From a bacterium (GTDB lineage Bacteria > CLD3 > SB21): a DNA stretch of 64,000 nt. This document shows positions 48,790 to 60,200 of this stretch, piece by piece; position 1 is the stretch's first letter; each line of letters opens with the position of its first letter. The stretch lies in contig JABWCP010000010.1 in NCBI GenBank assembly GCA_013360215.1, positions 1 through 64,000 of the forward strand, in the 5' to 3' direction. The notes below the pieces were generated by a model, which was given only the letters and a program-made list of their open reading frames with translations, was not told where the DNA came from and searched no databases. Made by a program: the position numbers and the translations under genes.

Positions 48790-49312
48790 CCTGAAGCATT
48801 TTTTGTTTTTCTGTATCTAAAAAAATCACACCTGGTTTTTCTGTTGCCGGTTTCATTTTCAATTGCTCTTTGGCGATTTTGGCAATGCGTTCATAATTGG
48901 ACAACCGCGTGATTTCGGCTTGTAAACTCTCATTAGCCTTTTGCGCCTCAAGCTGTTTGTCTTTGAGTTGTTCCAACATGAGCATTTCCTGACGTACCGT
49001 CACGGACATCCATACCCACACCAACATGAGTATAGCCACTACGACGAAAGCGAGAAACATCCGAAGCGGTGTGATACCTTTTTTGTTGGATGCCTCGACC
49101 GCCGCCGACGCTACTGTTTCTTGTACGGCCGGCTTGGTTTCAACGCGCACGGTTTCGGTTTCACGCGCAGATGATTTTACCGGCGCTTTGGAATACCGCG
49201 CGTAACGGTCTTCCGTTTTTGTGCGCTCCGTCGGCGAAACCGGTGTTTCCGTCGTTTTTTTCTTTCGGCCGGAAAAATCCACGCCGACAATATTTCCACT
49301 GTATGTTGACAT
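48761..49312 (-). CDS. ftsL: Cell division protein FtsL
   Basis: Single TM followed by a coiled coil, RI..IA...L.M; between rsmH and ftsI. Confidence 0.85.
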   Translation of the reverse strand: MSTYSGNIVGVDFSGRKKKTTETPVSPTERTKTEDRYARYSKAPVKSSARETETVRVETKPAVQETVASAAVEASNKKGITPLRMFLAFVVVAILMLVWVWMSVTVRQEMLMLEQLKDKQLEAQKANESLQAEITRLSNYERIAKIAKEQLKMKPATEKPGVIFLDTEKQKMLQDAEAKKYDP

Positions 49313-49339
49313 GATATTTTATTTCAAAAAATATTTTTT

Positions 49340-50263
49340 CTATATCCGCTCCGCCACACGCAGTTTGACACTGCGCGCACGCGGATTTTGTTGTATTTCT
49401 TCGTCCGTCGCTTCATAAGGTTTTTTTGTAATGACTTTCAGTCGCGGCGTTTTGGGTTCGGACAGTTCGGGGTAGTGCGTATTGAGTATTTTATCCATCG
49501 CTTCATCTCTGAAGAAATCTTTGACGATACGATCTTCTAATGAATGGTAACTCATCACCACGATACGCCCGCCAGTCGCAAGTATCGCCGTCGCATCGGC
49601 TAATGCCTGACGCAGATTATTCAGTTCGTCATTGACCTCGATACGGATTGCCTGAAAAATGCGTGACAGCGTTTTATTGGCGTGACGCTCCGGTATGATG
49701 CGCCGTATCAAGTCTGCCAAATCTTTGGTCGTCTGAAGCGGGGCCGTCGTTCGCTGTTGTACGATCGTACGCGCGATACGCCGGGATTGCTGCTCTTCGC
49801 CGTAATGAAAAAAAATACGGGCGAGCTCTTGTTCAGAATATCCGTTGACTACGTCACGTGCCGTGAATGCGGCGTCATCGGCCATAGCCATCGTGAGCGG
49901 CGCTTCGAACCGATAGCTGAATCCTTTGTCGGACCAATCCAGCTGATGCGAAGAAACGCCAAGGTCAAGTAGGATGCCATTGATCTGTGTGATACCCCGA
50001 GCCGCTAACGCCGAACGCACATGACGAAAATTATCATTGATGAGCGTCGCGCGATCACCGTATTCCGCAAGGCGAATACCCGCCGCTTTTATGGCATCGC
50101 GATCCATGTCAAATGCGAACAAACGACAGGAATCGTTTTGCTGAAGAATAAAAGCGCTGTGCCCTCCGCCGCCCAGTGTACCGTCAACGTAGAACCCGTC
50201 GGGACGAATCTGAAGAAAATCAATACAGGATTGTAAAAGAACAGGTATGTGATAATCCGGCAT
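49340..50263 (-). CDS. rsmH: 16S rRNA m4C1402 methyltransferase
   Basis: HIPVL, DGTLGGGGHS, DLGVSS.QLD, FQAIRIEVN, YHSLEDR, NPRARS.KLR. Confidence 0.98.
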   Translation of the reverse strand: MPDYHIPVLLQSCIDFLQIRPDGFYVDGTLGGGGHSAFILQQNDSCRLFAFDMDRDAIKAAGIRLAEYGDRATLINDNFRHVRSALAARGITQINGILLDLGVSSHQLDWSDKGFSYRFEAPLTMAMADDAAFTARDVVNGYSEQELARIFFHYGEEQQSRRIARTIVQQRTTAPLQTTKDLADLIRRIIPERHANKTLSRIFQAIRIEVNDELNNLRQALADATAILATGGRIVVMSYHSLEDRIVKDFFRDEAMDKILNTHYPELSEPKTPRLKVITKKPYEATDEEIQQNPRARSVKLRVAERI

Positions 50264-50266
50264 GGA

Positions 50267-50704
50267 TTAAAACTTTACAAATTTCGCGGCGGTCGTTTCG
50301 AGGTCAAACCCGTTGTGCGCCGTATCATACTGTTTGGGATTCCACGCTTCCATACGTTCGAGCGCGCCGATGATGACGATTTCCTTTTCGATCCCTGCAA
50401 ATGAAAGTAGCGGTTGGGGAATGATCACACGGCCTTGTTTATCAAGTTCGCACTCTTGTGCAAAACCCATCAGCAAACGAACGAGTTTTCGCGCGTCGGA
50501 ATCCATATTGGATAATTGACGCAACTCATCCTCACGGCGCAACCATTCCGAATATGGATACATGTAAATGCACTGTTCAAACCCGCGTGTAAGGATCACC
50601 GTATCTTTATCCTCGGGAACAAACGCGCTGCGCATCTTCGCCGGAATGTTGAAGCGGTTTTTGGAATCCAATATGTGGTTGTACGTGCCTTTAAACGAAG
50701 GCAT
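50267..50704 (-). CDS. mraZ: Division/cell wall cluster repressor MraZ
   Basis: F.G.Y.H.LD.K.R..IP, LDKQGRV.IP; first gene of the dcw cluster. Confidence 0.97.
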   Translation of the reverse strand: MPSFKGTYNHILDSKNRFNIPAKMRSAFVPEDKDTVILTRGFEQCIYMYPYSEWLRREDELRQLSNMDSDARKLVRLLMGFAQECELDKQGRVIIPQPLLSFAGIEKEIVIIGALERMEAWNPKQYDTAHNGFDLETTAAKFVKF

Positions 50705-50740
50705 ACACTTTAAACCCTGTTATTCCTTAATAAACCTTTT

Positions 50741-50759
50741 TAACCCACTATAACCCACT
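50741..50759 (-). promoter_or_regulatory. MraZ-binding direct repeats
   Basis: AGTGGGTTA twice with period 10 upstream of mraZ, fitting the known GTGG(G) MraZ boxes; TTGACA on the minus strand at 50791-50796. Confidence 0.7.
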
Positions 50760-51102
50760 TTCCTACTAAATTCAACTAAAACAAGCTCAATGTCAAGCGA
50801 ATTTTTGTTATTTCTTACGCTCCGGATATTGACGCTTCGCAAAAAAATGTGACCTGCAATACAGACATTAAGAGTGGAATTTCTTTCTTTTCAAGGTTCC
50901 ATGGCTAGACCTGTTAAGGGCATACTTCAGAGAAATCGAATCATGTATAATTTTTGATAAAGCTCCGATGACGAAATAACACGCGCTGCGTGTTTAAAAA
51001 GCAAAAAAGTGCATAGAGACATTCAAATTTTTTACAAACTATTTCCAGTTATTACACTCTTAAATAGAGATCCGCATACATCAAAATTAGATATATGATT
51101 TG

Positions 51103-51131
51103 TTGACATGCTAGCTCTGTTGAAGTATATT
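51103..51131 (+). promoter_or_regulatory. Sigma70-type promoter of the giant protein gene
   Basis: TTGACA-17 nt-TATATT; GGAG SD before ATG 51203. Confidence 0.75.
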
Positions 51132-51202
51132 TTAAGGTAATTTCTCCTCATGAAAATTCGTAATAAATTCATTCTTACTTATAAACAAACCGGAGTCACA
51201 CG

Positions 51203-54200
51203 ATGAAACGGTTCATGTACGATTTTCTCAAGAAAAACGCGGTGATGTTATGCGTTTTATTGTGCTGTAGCGCGAGTCTTTTCGCTCAGAACAATGCTTT
51301 GACACTCAACGGTACGTCGCAGTATGCTTACTATGGCGGTTCGTTATCTACTTACGAAGACGTTACCATGGAAGGTTGGTTCAAGTGGGATGGAAGCACC
51401 GGAAGCAACCAGTTGCTGATGTACGACGGGCACACTTCGCTCAGCGGTTTTGGGCTTATGCTTGATGCATCCGCAAGCAACAATCTGATCATTCTTGCCG
51501 GTGGTTATCAGGTCACTTCCGTGAGTCGCGGATTAGACATAGGCGAATGGTCACACATTGCCCTCGTTAAGAAAGGGAACTTTTTTAGTCTTTATATCAA
51601 TGGGGATCCGGAGATCGCTAAGGCTATGACTTACGCCTATCCTTCGGGCTCCTATATGGTCGGCGGCAACTCGCTCAATAATTCAGAATTCTTTAAAGGC
51701 GCCATTGACGAAGTGCGTCTGTGGAATAGAGCATTATCTTACAATGAAATTTTTACAGCAGCCGCCACGCCCATGACCGGCGCGGAGACAAACTTAGTAG
51801 CGTCCTATCGTTTAGACAATAGCGCCGATGGCTTAACGGGCGATCAAACAGTTAACGGTTATAATCTGACTTTAGTTGGCACTCCCACATTTACCGCTTC
51901 GTCTTCGGACAGCGTGATGATTCGCCAACAGACGAAATCGTTATATACCGGCGGCACATCGGTATCCGTGGGTTGGCATGCCGATCCACATAGCTTTGTC
52001 ACCGGCTACATTGTTTACGCAGATACATCCGATGCCGTAAGGACGCAGGTCGGCACTACCTCGGCCCGCACCGATACGACGTTTACTGTCACGGGACTTC
52101 TTCCCAATACGGTGTATTATCTCACGGCGCGCGCTGTTACCGCCACGGACACCAGCGATTATTATCGGTTGGCCGTGGTTTCCACATTCGAAAGCGGCGG
52201 ACGTGCGGCTATGTTTTCGGATAACAACTACTATGCCGCGCCATTTAATGAAAACATCCCCATCGGAAGCAGCGCCTATACTATCGAAGCCTGGATCAAA
52301 CCAAACTCGATGGGCGTACACGGTATTGTGGGTTGGGGACAATATGGTTACAGTTATCAAACGAATGCATTGCGACTTACCGACGACGGTATTATTAACT
52401 ATTGGTGGAACAATGATATCTCTATCTCCACGGGTAATATCGCCGGAAGCTGGCACCACGTAGCAGCGACCTATGACGGTACGACGCGTAAAATGTATTT
52501 CGACGGTAAACTCATGGCGTCGGAAAATGTTGTGTACAACCCTGAGATTCCCTTTTCTCACAACTTCACCATCGGCGTTACCAACTATACTGAATATTTC
52601 AACGGAGAAATTGACGAAGTACGCATCTGGAATGTTGCGCGTTCGGAATCTGAAATCGTTTCATTAATGTTTTCACCGGCGACAGGTTCGGAAAACGGGC
52701 TCGCATCGGTATATCATTTTGACGAAATCGGCGGCAATTATGCCGGCGATTATGTCGGCGCCAACCACGCCGAAGCAACCGGCGGAACCCCGCAAAGAAC
52801 ATTATCGGATGCCATGTTGCCGTTCATGCCGGCTCGTTTGCAAGCCATAGCCGGTGACGGCCAGGTCGAATTGCGTTGGGAAAAATCCATTCATCCCGAT
52901 TTTGCGAGCTACACATTGATGGCTGCAACCGATATCGAATTTACCGATATCGTAGCAACGCATTCCTCTGGCGTCGGCAATCCATCTGACACATCCCACA
53001 CCGTAGCCGGACTGACTAACGGAACGCTGTATTATTTCGCAGTCAAGATGACAACAAACTCCGGCGCAACCACACCGTTTCGTATGAATGCGGCCGTTCC
53101 TAACACCGGCGGTCCCGGCAATGCGCTTATATTTGATGGTGTGGATGATCAGATCATACTGGAAGACAATATCGTGCGATCACGGTCCGAAATGACCATC
53201 GAAACATGGTTTAAAACCACAACTTCCGGCGGCATTTTTGGCTATAATGACGCCTCGAATGCAGAGCATGTACCTGTAATCTATGTTGGCATGGATGGAT
53301 ATCTTCAATCTCAATTGTGGATCGGCGATTATAATTCTGTCATGCGATCACTTCGACCTGTGTCAGATGGTTATTGGCATCACGTCGCGCTTACTGCCGG
53401 TAATGACAATCAATACCTATATATCGACGGCCAGCTGTGTGACTCAATTATCGGTCGACCGCTCAATCATCTAAGCATGATCAAAAACCAAATCGGTAGG
53501 GCTACTACTTCAGGTTGGCCAAATGGCGGGAATGAATACTTTAGCGGCGAGTTGGACGAATTCCGTTTTTGGGATCGCGCCCTCTCACACAAAGAAGTTT
53601 ATTCTTACGCCAATCAATCTCTGCGCGGAGATGAAAGCGGTGTTGCCCTATTGCATCATTTTAATGAGCCTTCCGGTTTGATATATACGTATGACGCCGG
53701 GCCTAACGGTTGGACGGGCGGATTAGAGAGTTTCTCCGCATCAACAACAGTGGCATCCGGAGCAATGCGGCCATTCTCACCGTATAATTTACAATCTACC
53801 AATACATTGTCTTCCATCACCTTAAAATGGAATCCCAGCAACGCCTCTGCAGTACGTGCATATTATATTTATACTTTTGACGGCGAATCCACGATGTTGT
53901 GGGATTCTACGACAGGCGGATTGACCGACACGACGATAACATTCGGTGAATTACCGTCATTCACAAATTTCACTTATTACATATCGACCGTTGATGCATC
54001 GGGCTCCGAGTCGGAAAAATCTAACCCCATTTTCGTGACGACGACTTCCTTTAAAGAAGTTACCGGAACGAATTTTTCACAAGTCGTTGACGGAAAATTC
54101 CAATGGGCGGATTATGATAACGATGGCGATTATGACGTATTAGTCGCCGGTTCGGAAAATAACGACTACTATCCTCCCTATCAAAACGGAACGATCAAAC

Positions 54201-57200
54201 TGTATCGCCACGATAACGGCGGAACATTTACTTTAGTTGACGTGGGCCTAGCTCAGGAAATTCATCGCGGTACGGCGGCTTGGTGCGACTATAACAATGA
54301 CGGACTTCCGGACATCTCCTATATGGGAAGCGGCGGCAGCGGAACGCGCCCGTTTAAATTATATAAAAATGACGGCGATGGTACTTTTACAGAAATCCTA
54401 AATAATATCCAAGGCGCCATTTTCGGTGCAATGGCTTGGGGTGACTATGACAACGACGGTGATCAGGATGTGTTTGTCATGGGTTCGATAGGAAGCGAAG
54501 GCGGGGATAACTATTCCATGCTTTTCAGAAATGACAGAAATGATCTGTTTACTCAAATAGACATCGGTCTCATCGGATACTCCGGAGGTTCAGCGGCTTG
54601 GGGCGATTATGATCGAGACAACGATCTTGATCTTTTGATTTTAGGTTCAACCAACGGTAGTTATAGCGGCGGTAATCTCCATGTTTATCGCAATGACGGT
54701 AATGATGTGTTTACCGAGCCCGGGGAAGGCGGCTATCGAAGCGGGCTTCATCGCGGTACTGCGATATGGGCGGATTATAACAACGACGGTTATTTAGATA
54801 TCGTATACAGCGGCGCTATCGGCGGCGGTTCCCGTGATGCGGGCGTTCTTAAAAATCTAAGCGGAACCGGTTTTACCGGATTTGAATCCAATCCTTTTAT
54901 CGGTCTTTCTGAAGCTTCCGTCTCTGCGGGTGATTTTGATAACGACGGCGATCTTGACTTTTTCTTCGCCGGTAATCATGCCGGTGGTGAAGGTTCCGCC
55001 GATATACGCTCCATCCTTATGCGTAATGACGGCGAAGATACTTTTACCGAATTACAAACCGGTATTAATCCTATTGCAGGAAGCTCATACGCCCAAGCCG
55101 CATCGGCAATGGTTGATTACGACCGCGACGGTGATTTGGATATCATGATCGAAGGTATTTACGACGACGGTTTTGGCAATACATCCTTTGTCACGAAACT
55201 CTATAACAACGATTGGGCAACAGCCAATACACCACCATCCGATCCTAACGGACTGAGCGCTGTGACCGTCATGGATACAGTCACGATGAATTGGAATAAA
55301 TCAACGGATGCCGAAACACCTCAGGATGGTTTGACTTACAATATCCGCGTAGGTAAAACCTCCGCCGGTGTGGACGTAATGTCTCCATTGGCCAAAGTCG
55401 TAGGTAGTGGCAACGCCGGAGGATTCCGCTATGTACAGGAATCCGGCAACACAAGTCATAATAATTCATGGCGCTTATCCGGTCTATCCGATGGCACCTA
55501 CTACTGGAGTGTCGAAGCGATTGATCAAGTTTATCGCAATTCCAAATTTCAATCGGCGGCTCAATTCACGATTGACGGCGCTCCTTCTGCACCGGACAGT
55601 CTTAGCGTTACTTCCGGCGTCAATTCCGTTACTTTGATGTGGGGTTCAACAAACAAGTCGGATGTAAGCAAATACTTCATTTATGTCAGCGCGGATAACG
55701 AAGGCTATACACTTGTTGACTCTACCACGACCGGAATTTTTGGTACGACCAAAACGGTGACCAAAGGTCCTTCGGGCGGCATACTTCAAAACGGTTCCAT
55801 CTATTATTTCCGCGTCGAAGCCATGGATCACAATGGTTATGTAGGCCCGTATTCAAACTATGTAACAGCAATACCATCCGCCACACCCGGTAAGTGGTTT
55901 GTTGTAAATACAGATGACTCCGGTCCCGGATCATTACGTTCAGCTATTGATTCGACCAATCTTTCAACACAGAAAGATACCGTTGTGTTCCTCATACCCA
56001 TCGGTTCCAGTATTACATTAAATTCAGAACTTCCCGCGATCTCGACAGACTATACCGTGATTGATGCGGACAGCAACGATGACGGCAAACCGGATATCTC
56101 GATCTCACCGGAGGGCGAAGGCGGCGGATATTTTACGGGGTTGTCAATCCAATCATCCAACAACGTCATTCGCGGGCTCGTGATCGGTGGTTTCGGCGAT
56201 TATTATTCGGGCGGAGGATCCCTCTTTATCAACGGAGACAATAACCGGATTCTTGGTAACTATATCGGCGTTTCAGCCGACGGTATGTCAACTCATGGTA
56301 ACGCCCATGGCATTTTGATCAATGGCGGCTCCAGCGGTAACTGGATCGGCGACGGCACAGGAACCGGTAGAAATATCATTGGCGGAAATCAACAATACGG
56401 AATTTATCTCAACGGCGCTTCCACGTCCGTGAATAACACGAAGATTCTCGGCAATTATATCGGTATCGCTACAGACGGTTTAACGGCACTTCCCAATTCG
56501 GGTCCCGGTATATCCATCTATAACAGAGCGCTTAACACAATAATCGGCGACGGCACGGCCGAAGGCCGCAATATTATTTCAGGAAATAGCAGCGACGGTA
56601 TATCGTTGACCGACAACAACGGACACATTGAAGGAACTTCGATACTGGGCAACTATATCGGTACGGATGTTACCGGCAATGTCGGCGTGGGCAACAATAA
56701 TCACGGTATCTTTTTTAACACTCTAACCGGCGAAGGCGCCTCCATCGTAAATAACACCATCGGTGATGGTACGGCCGGCGGACGCAATGTTATCTCCGGA
56801 AACGCCGGTAGCGGTATTAATTTTTACTACTACCAAGTACATGACAATACTATCAAAGGAAACTATATTGGAATAACAGCCGACGGTTCCACGGCTCTCG
56901 GCAATGGTATGTACGGAGTGAATATTGAACACAGCAATAATAATATCATTTCCTCCAATACAATATCAGGAAACGCCTATGACGGTATCATGATTAATGG
57001 CTCGTATGGTGAAGCTAACAACAATGTGGTAACCGGTAATTACGTAGGAACCAACCCTACAGGATCATTTGCCATAGCTAACGGTCAACGCGGTATCTAT
57101 CTTCAAAACGGCGCTTCTTATAACCAAATCGGTGGTACGGCAGCCGGCGAAGGTAATATCATTTCCGGTAACCTCAACGGAGGTATCGGTTTTGGTTATG

Positions 57201-60200
57201 CTTATACACCCACCGTATCTAATCAGATTCTTGGCAACAAGATAGGAACCGATGCATCCGGTATGTTTGGTATTCCCAACAAAGAATCCGGTATTTACAT
57301 CAACGGCTCGAATCACAATTATAACTATATCGGCGATGGTACTACCGGTGGTCGTAATATTATTTCCGGAAACGACGGCGATGGTATCTATATCAACGGC
57401 GATGCCTCTGATAATTTTATTTTAGGCAACTATATCGGCGTTGATGCAACCGGTAATACCGGATTAGCCAATGATTCCAACGGTATCGCGATTTACAACT
57501 CCGGTCACATTCTGATCGGCGATGAAACGGCCGGCGGTCGTAATATTATCTCCGGTAACGGTAAAGAAGGTATTGCTGTTTATGCGCAAAGCTCGGAGAT
57601 AATTATCGGCGACGGTCAAGGCGGCGGCGGTGAAGCATTAATCATTGAAGGCCGCGGCGGCGACAAGGCGGAGCGTCCCGGCGCAAATGACATTGACATT
57701 CGTGGTAATTATATCGGGGTCGGCGCGAATGGAACAACCGCCATAGGCAATAGCGGTGCCGGTATTGAAATCGAAGCTGTTTTCGAAGGATTTTTTTCTG
57801 AATACGATTCGATCACGGCCAATATTATTGCGTACAATACCGACGGTGTCGAATTGGTTGGCAACGGTGTTTTCTCGACCTACCTTCATAACAATACGAT
57901 ATACGGAAACACTTCCGAAGGTATCGTGATCGAAGAAGGTGCTCAAAACGGGATCACGGCTCCGTCTATTACATCTGTTTCCAATTTCGTCATCAGCGGT
58001 ACGGCTTCGGTTGGCGCCATGGTATATGTTTACCAGGACACCGGAAATCAGGGACGCTACTACCTCGGTTCTTCCGCGGCTGACGGCGAAGGTTCATGGT
58101 CATACAACGGACTTTACTTGCCCGGTTATAATGTAACAGCAACGCAATTTTTAGATAAACAATCTTCGGCGTTCTCTGCACCATTCGCTACACCATCCGG
58201 CACTGTACATGCTACGACCACATCGCTTTCTTACGGCAATGTCTTAGCCGGTGATAGTGCCACACTAACCACGCGCATTTATGCCATAGGTAATCCTGTG
58301 GTAATGAATAGCGGTTCGTTAGTATTGGGAACGAATGCACAGATGTTAGCTACGTTAGGAACCGACACCCTCTTTATGACGGATACGATCACGGTACAGG
58401 TTCGTTTCAAACCGGTTAACTTTGGATTTCTTACCGATACACTCCGTATTTATTACGGTGAAGGTAATGTGTTTGATATTCGTATCGGTGGAACCGGAAC
58501 GTCCGGTACAATAGCAGCCAGCAGCATCGGATTTGCGATGGAGACACTCAATGGCGACAGCACAAGCGTTCCTATCCAGATGTACACGACAAGCGGTTGG
58601 GTAGAAATCACATCAGCTATATTCGGTCAGAACAATTATTTCACTTATTCGATCGACAAAACGTTACCTTACATATTGAAGCCCGGCGATACAGCCGATG
58701 TGACGGTTACATTTAAACCGACAACATTTACCAGTTCCGCCGACACGCTATACTTTGCAAACAATTCATCCGATGGCATGCTGGAATTGATGTTTAGCGG
58801 TTTGCCGCTCCCGGGTACGGTAGCGACGAATCTTGCATCCCAAGATTTTGGTAATGTTCTATTGGGCGATAGCTTGGAATTGACGACAAAGATTTACGCT
58901 CCGTCAGGCCGGGTCGAAATCACATCCGTCACACTTTCCCAAGGTGATGTACTTTCGATGACGGTAACGCCGGCATTACCTTTTACGTTGAATGCAGGGG
59001 ACACCATCCTCGTGAAAACGAAATTTATTCCGTCTGATTTTAACTCGTTTAACGACACCATTACGGTTTTAAGTAACGCCTCCAACGGAACCGTTACTGT
59101 GTCGTTGTCCGGACAATCTTTGCCCGGAATCATTTCGTCTGCCGCTTCGGCGTTCGATTTTGGTAATGTGTTAGTAGGTGACAGCGCTCAAACCTCAACC
59201 CGTTACTACGCCACAGGCGGTCCCGTTCAAATAACCGGTTCTTCACTGGTAACAAGCGGTGAAACAAGTGTCAGCTTTACACCGTCATTGCCCTATTTAC
59301 TGCACGTAGGAGACTCTGTTGTCGTTACCGCCAAATATAAGCCGTTAACATTTGCGGCGATGAGCGCTGACACGATCCACCTGATCAGTAACGCATCAAA
59401 CAGCGGCAAACTGAGCATCCCGATGAGCGGTTTCGGTCAAACCGGTACGTTGGCCTTTAATACTACACCGGCTAATTTCGGTTCGATTCGCGTTGCCGAT
59501 AGCAGCACGGCCCAAATCGTCAAGGTATACAGCAGCGTAGGTCAAATCCCTCTTACAGGATATACCATCGGCGCTCATTTCAAAGCGACGACTTCGACCG
59601 TATTCCCTATCACCATCAAATCCGGTGATACGGTTACGTTAGCTGTTAAATTTAAACCGCAGACCACCGGCGCTCTTTTAGACACCATCAAAATCGGAAA
59701 CGTACGTATTCCGCTTGCGGGCACCGGTTTAGAAAACGTGGCGCCTACGCTTACGCTCGGCGTGACAAGCGTCATTGCACTCAAGCAGTACCTTGGTATT
59801 TACATGTATAGCAGCGAGGCGTTGAGCGCTAGATCTGCCGCATTTAAATTTAATGATGTCAGTGTCACCGCTCCGACATTTGATGCCGTATCCGGCGTTA
59901 ATAACCTGTACTATGCGCAGTACAAATTATCCGCAGCCGGTTCCCTCAAGATCGACGCTACCGGTACGGACATTGCCGGAAACATCGGTACGCGTTCCAA
60001 AACGTACACGATCGGTTCATTGACCAAAGATCAAACTTTGGCTGTCGAAGCGGAAGGTCTGCGTATCAACGGCACTAAAGGCGCTATCAGTGAAAGCGGT
60101 TTTATGATTATTACCAAATCGCAAACCTATGACGGCGACCCTGTCGGTTTATCGAAAGGTACGTCCAAGTCGGCGACCGATTTTGCGAATGCCAATATCC

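Noticed and set aside
50848-50863. CRP-like site TGTGA-N6-ATACA between mraZ and the giant gene
   Set aside because: The second half-site is weak and such a match is expected by chance in an AT-rich spacer.
56150-57950. Repeated DNA motifs in the giant gene as a CRISPR array, DGR or tandem-repeat element
   Set aside because: The repeats are degenerate at synonymous positions and reflect beta-helix protein repeats. There are no identical spaced repeats and no cas or reverse transcriptase gene.
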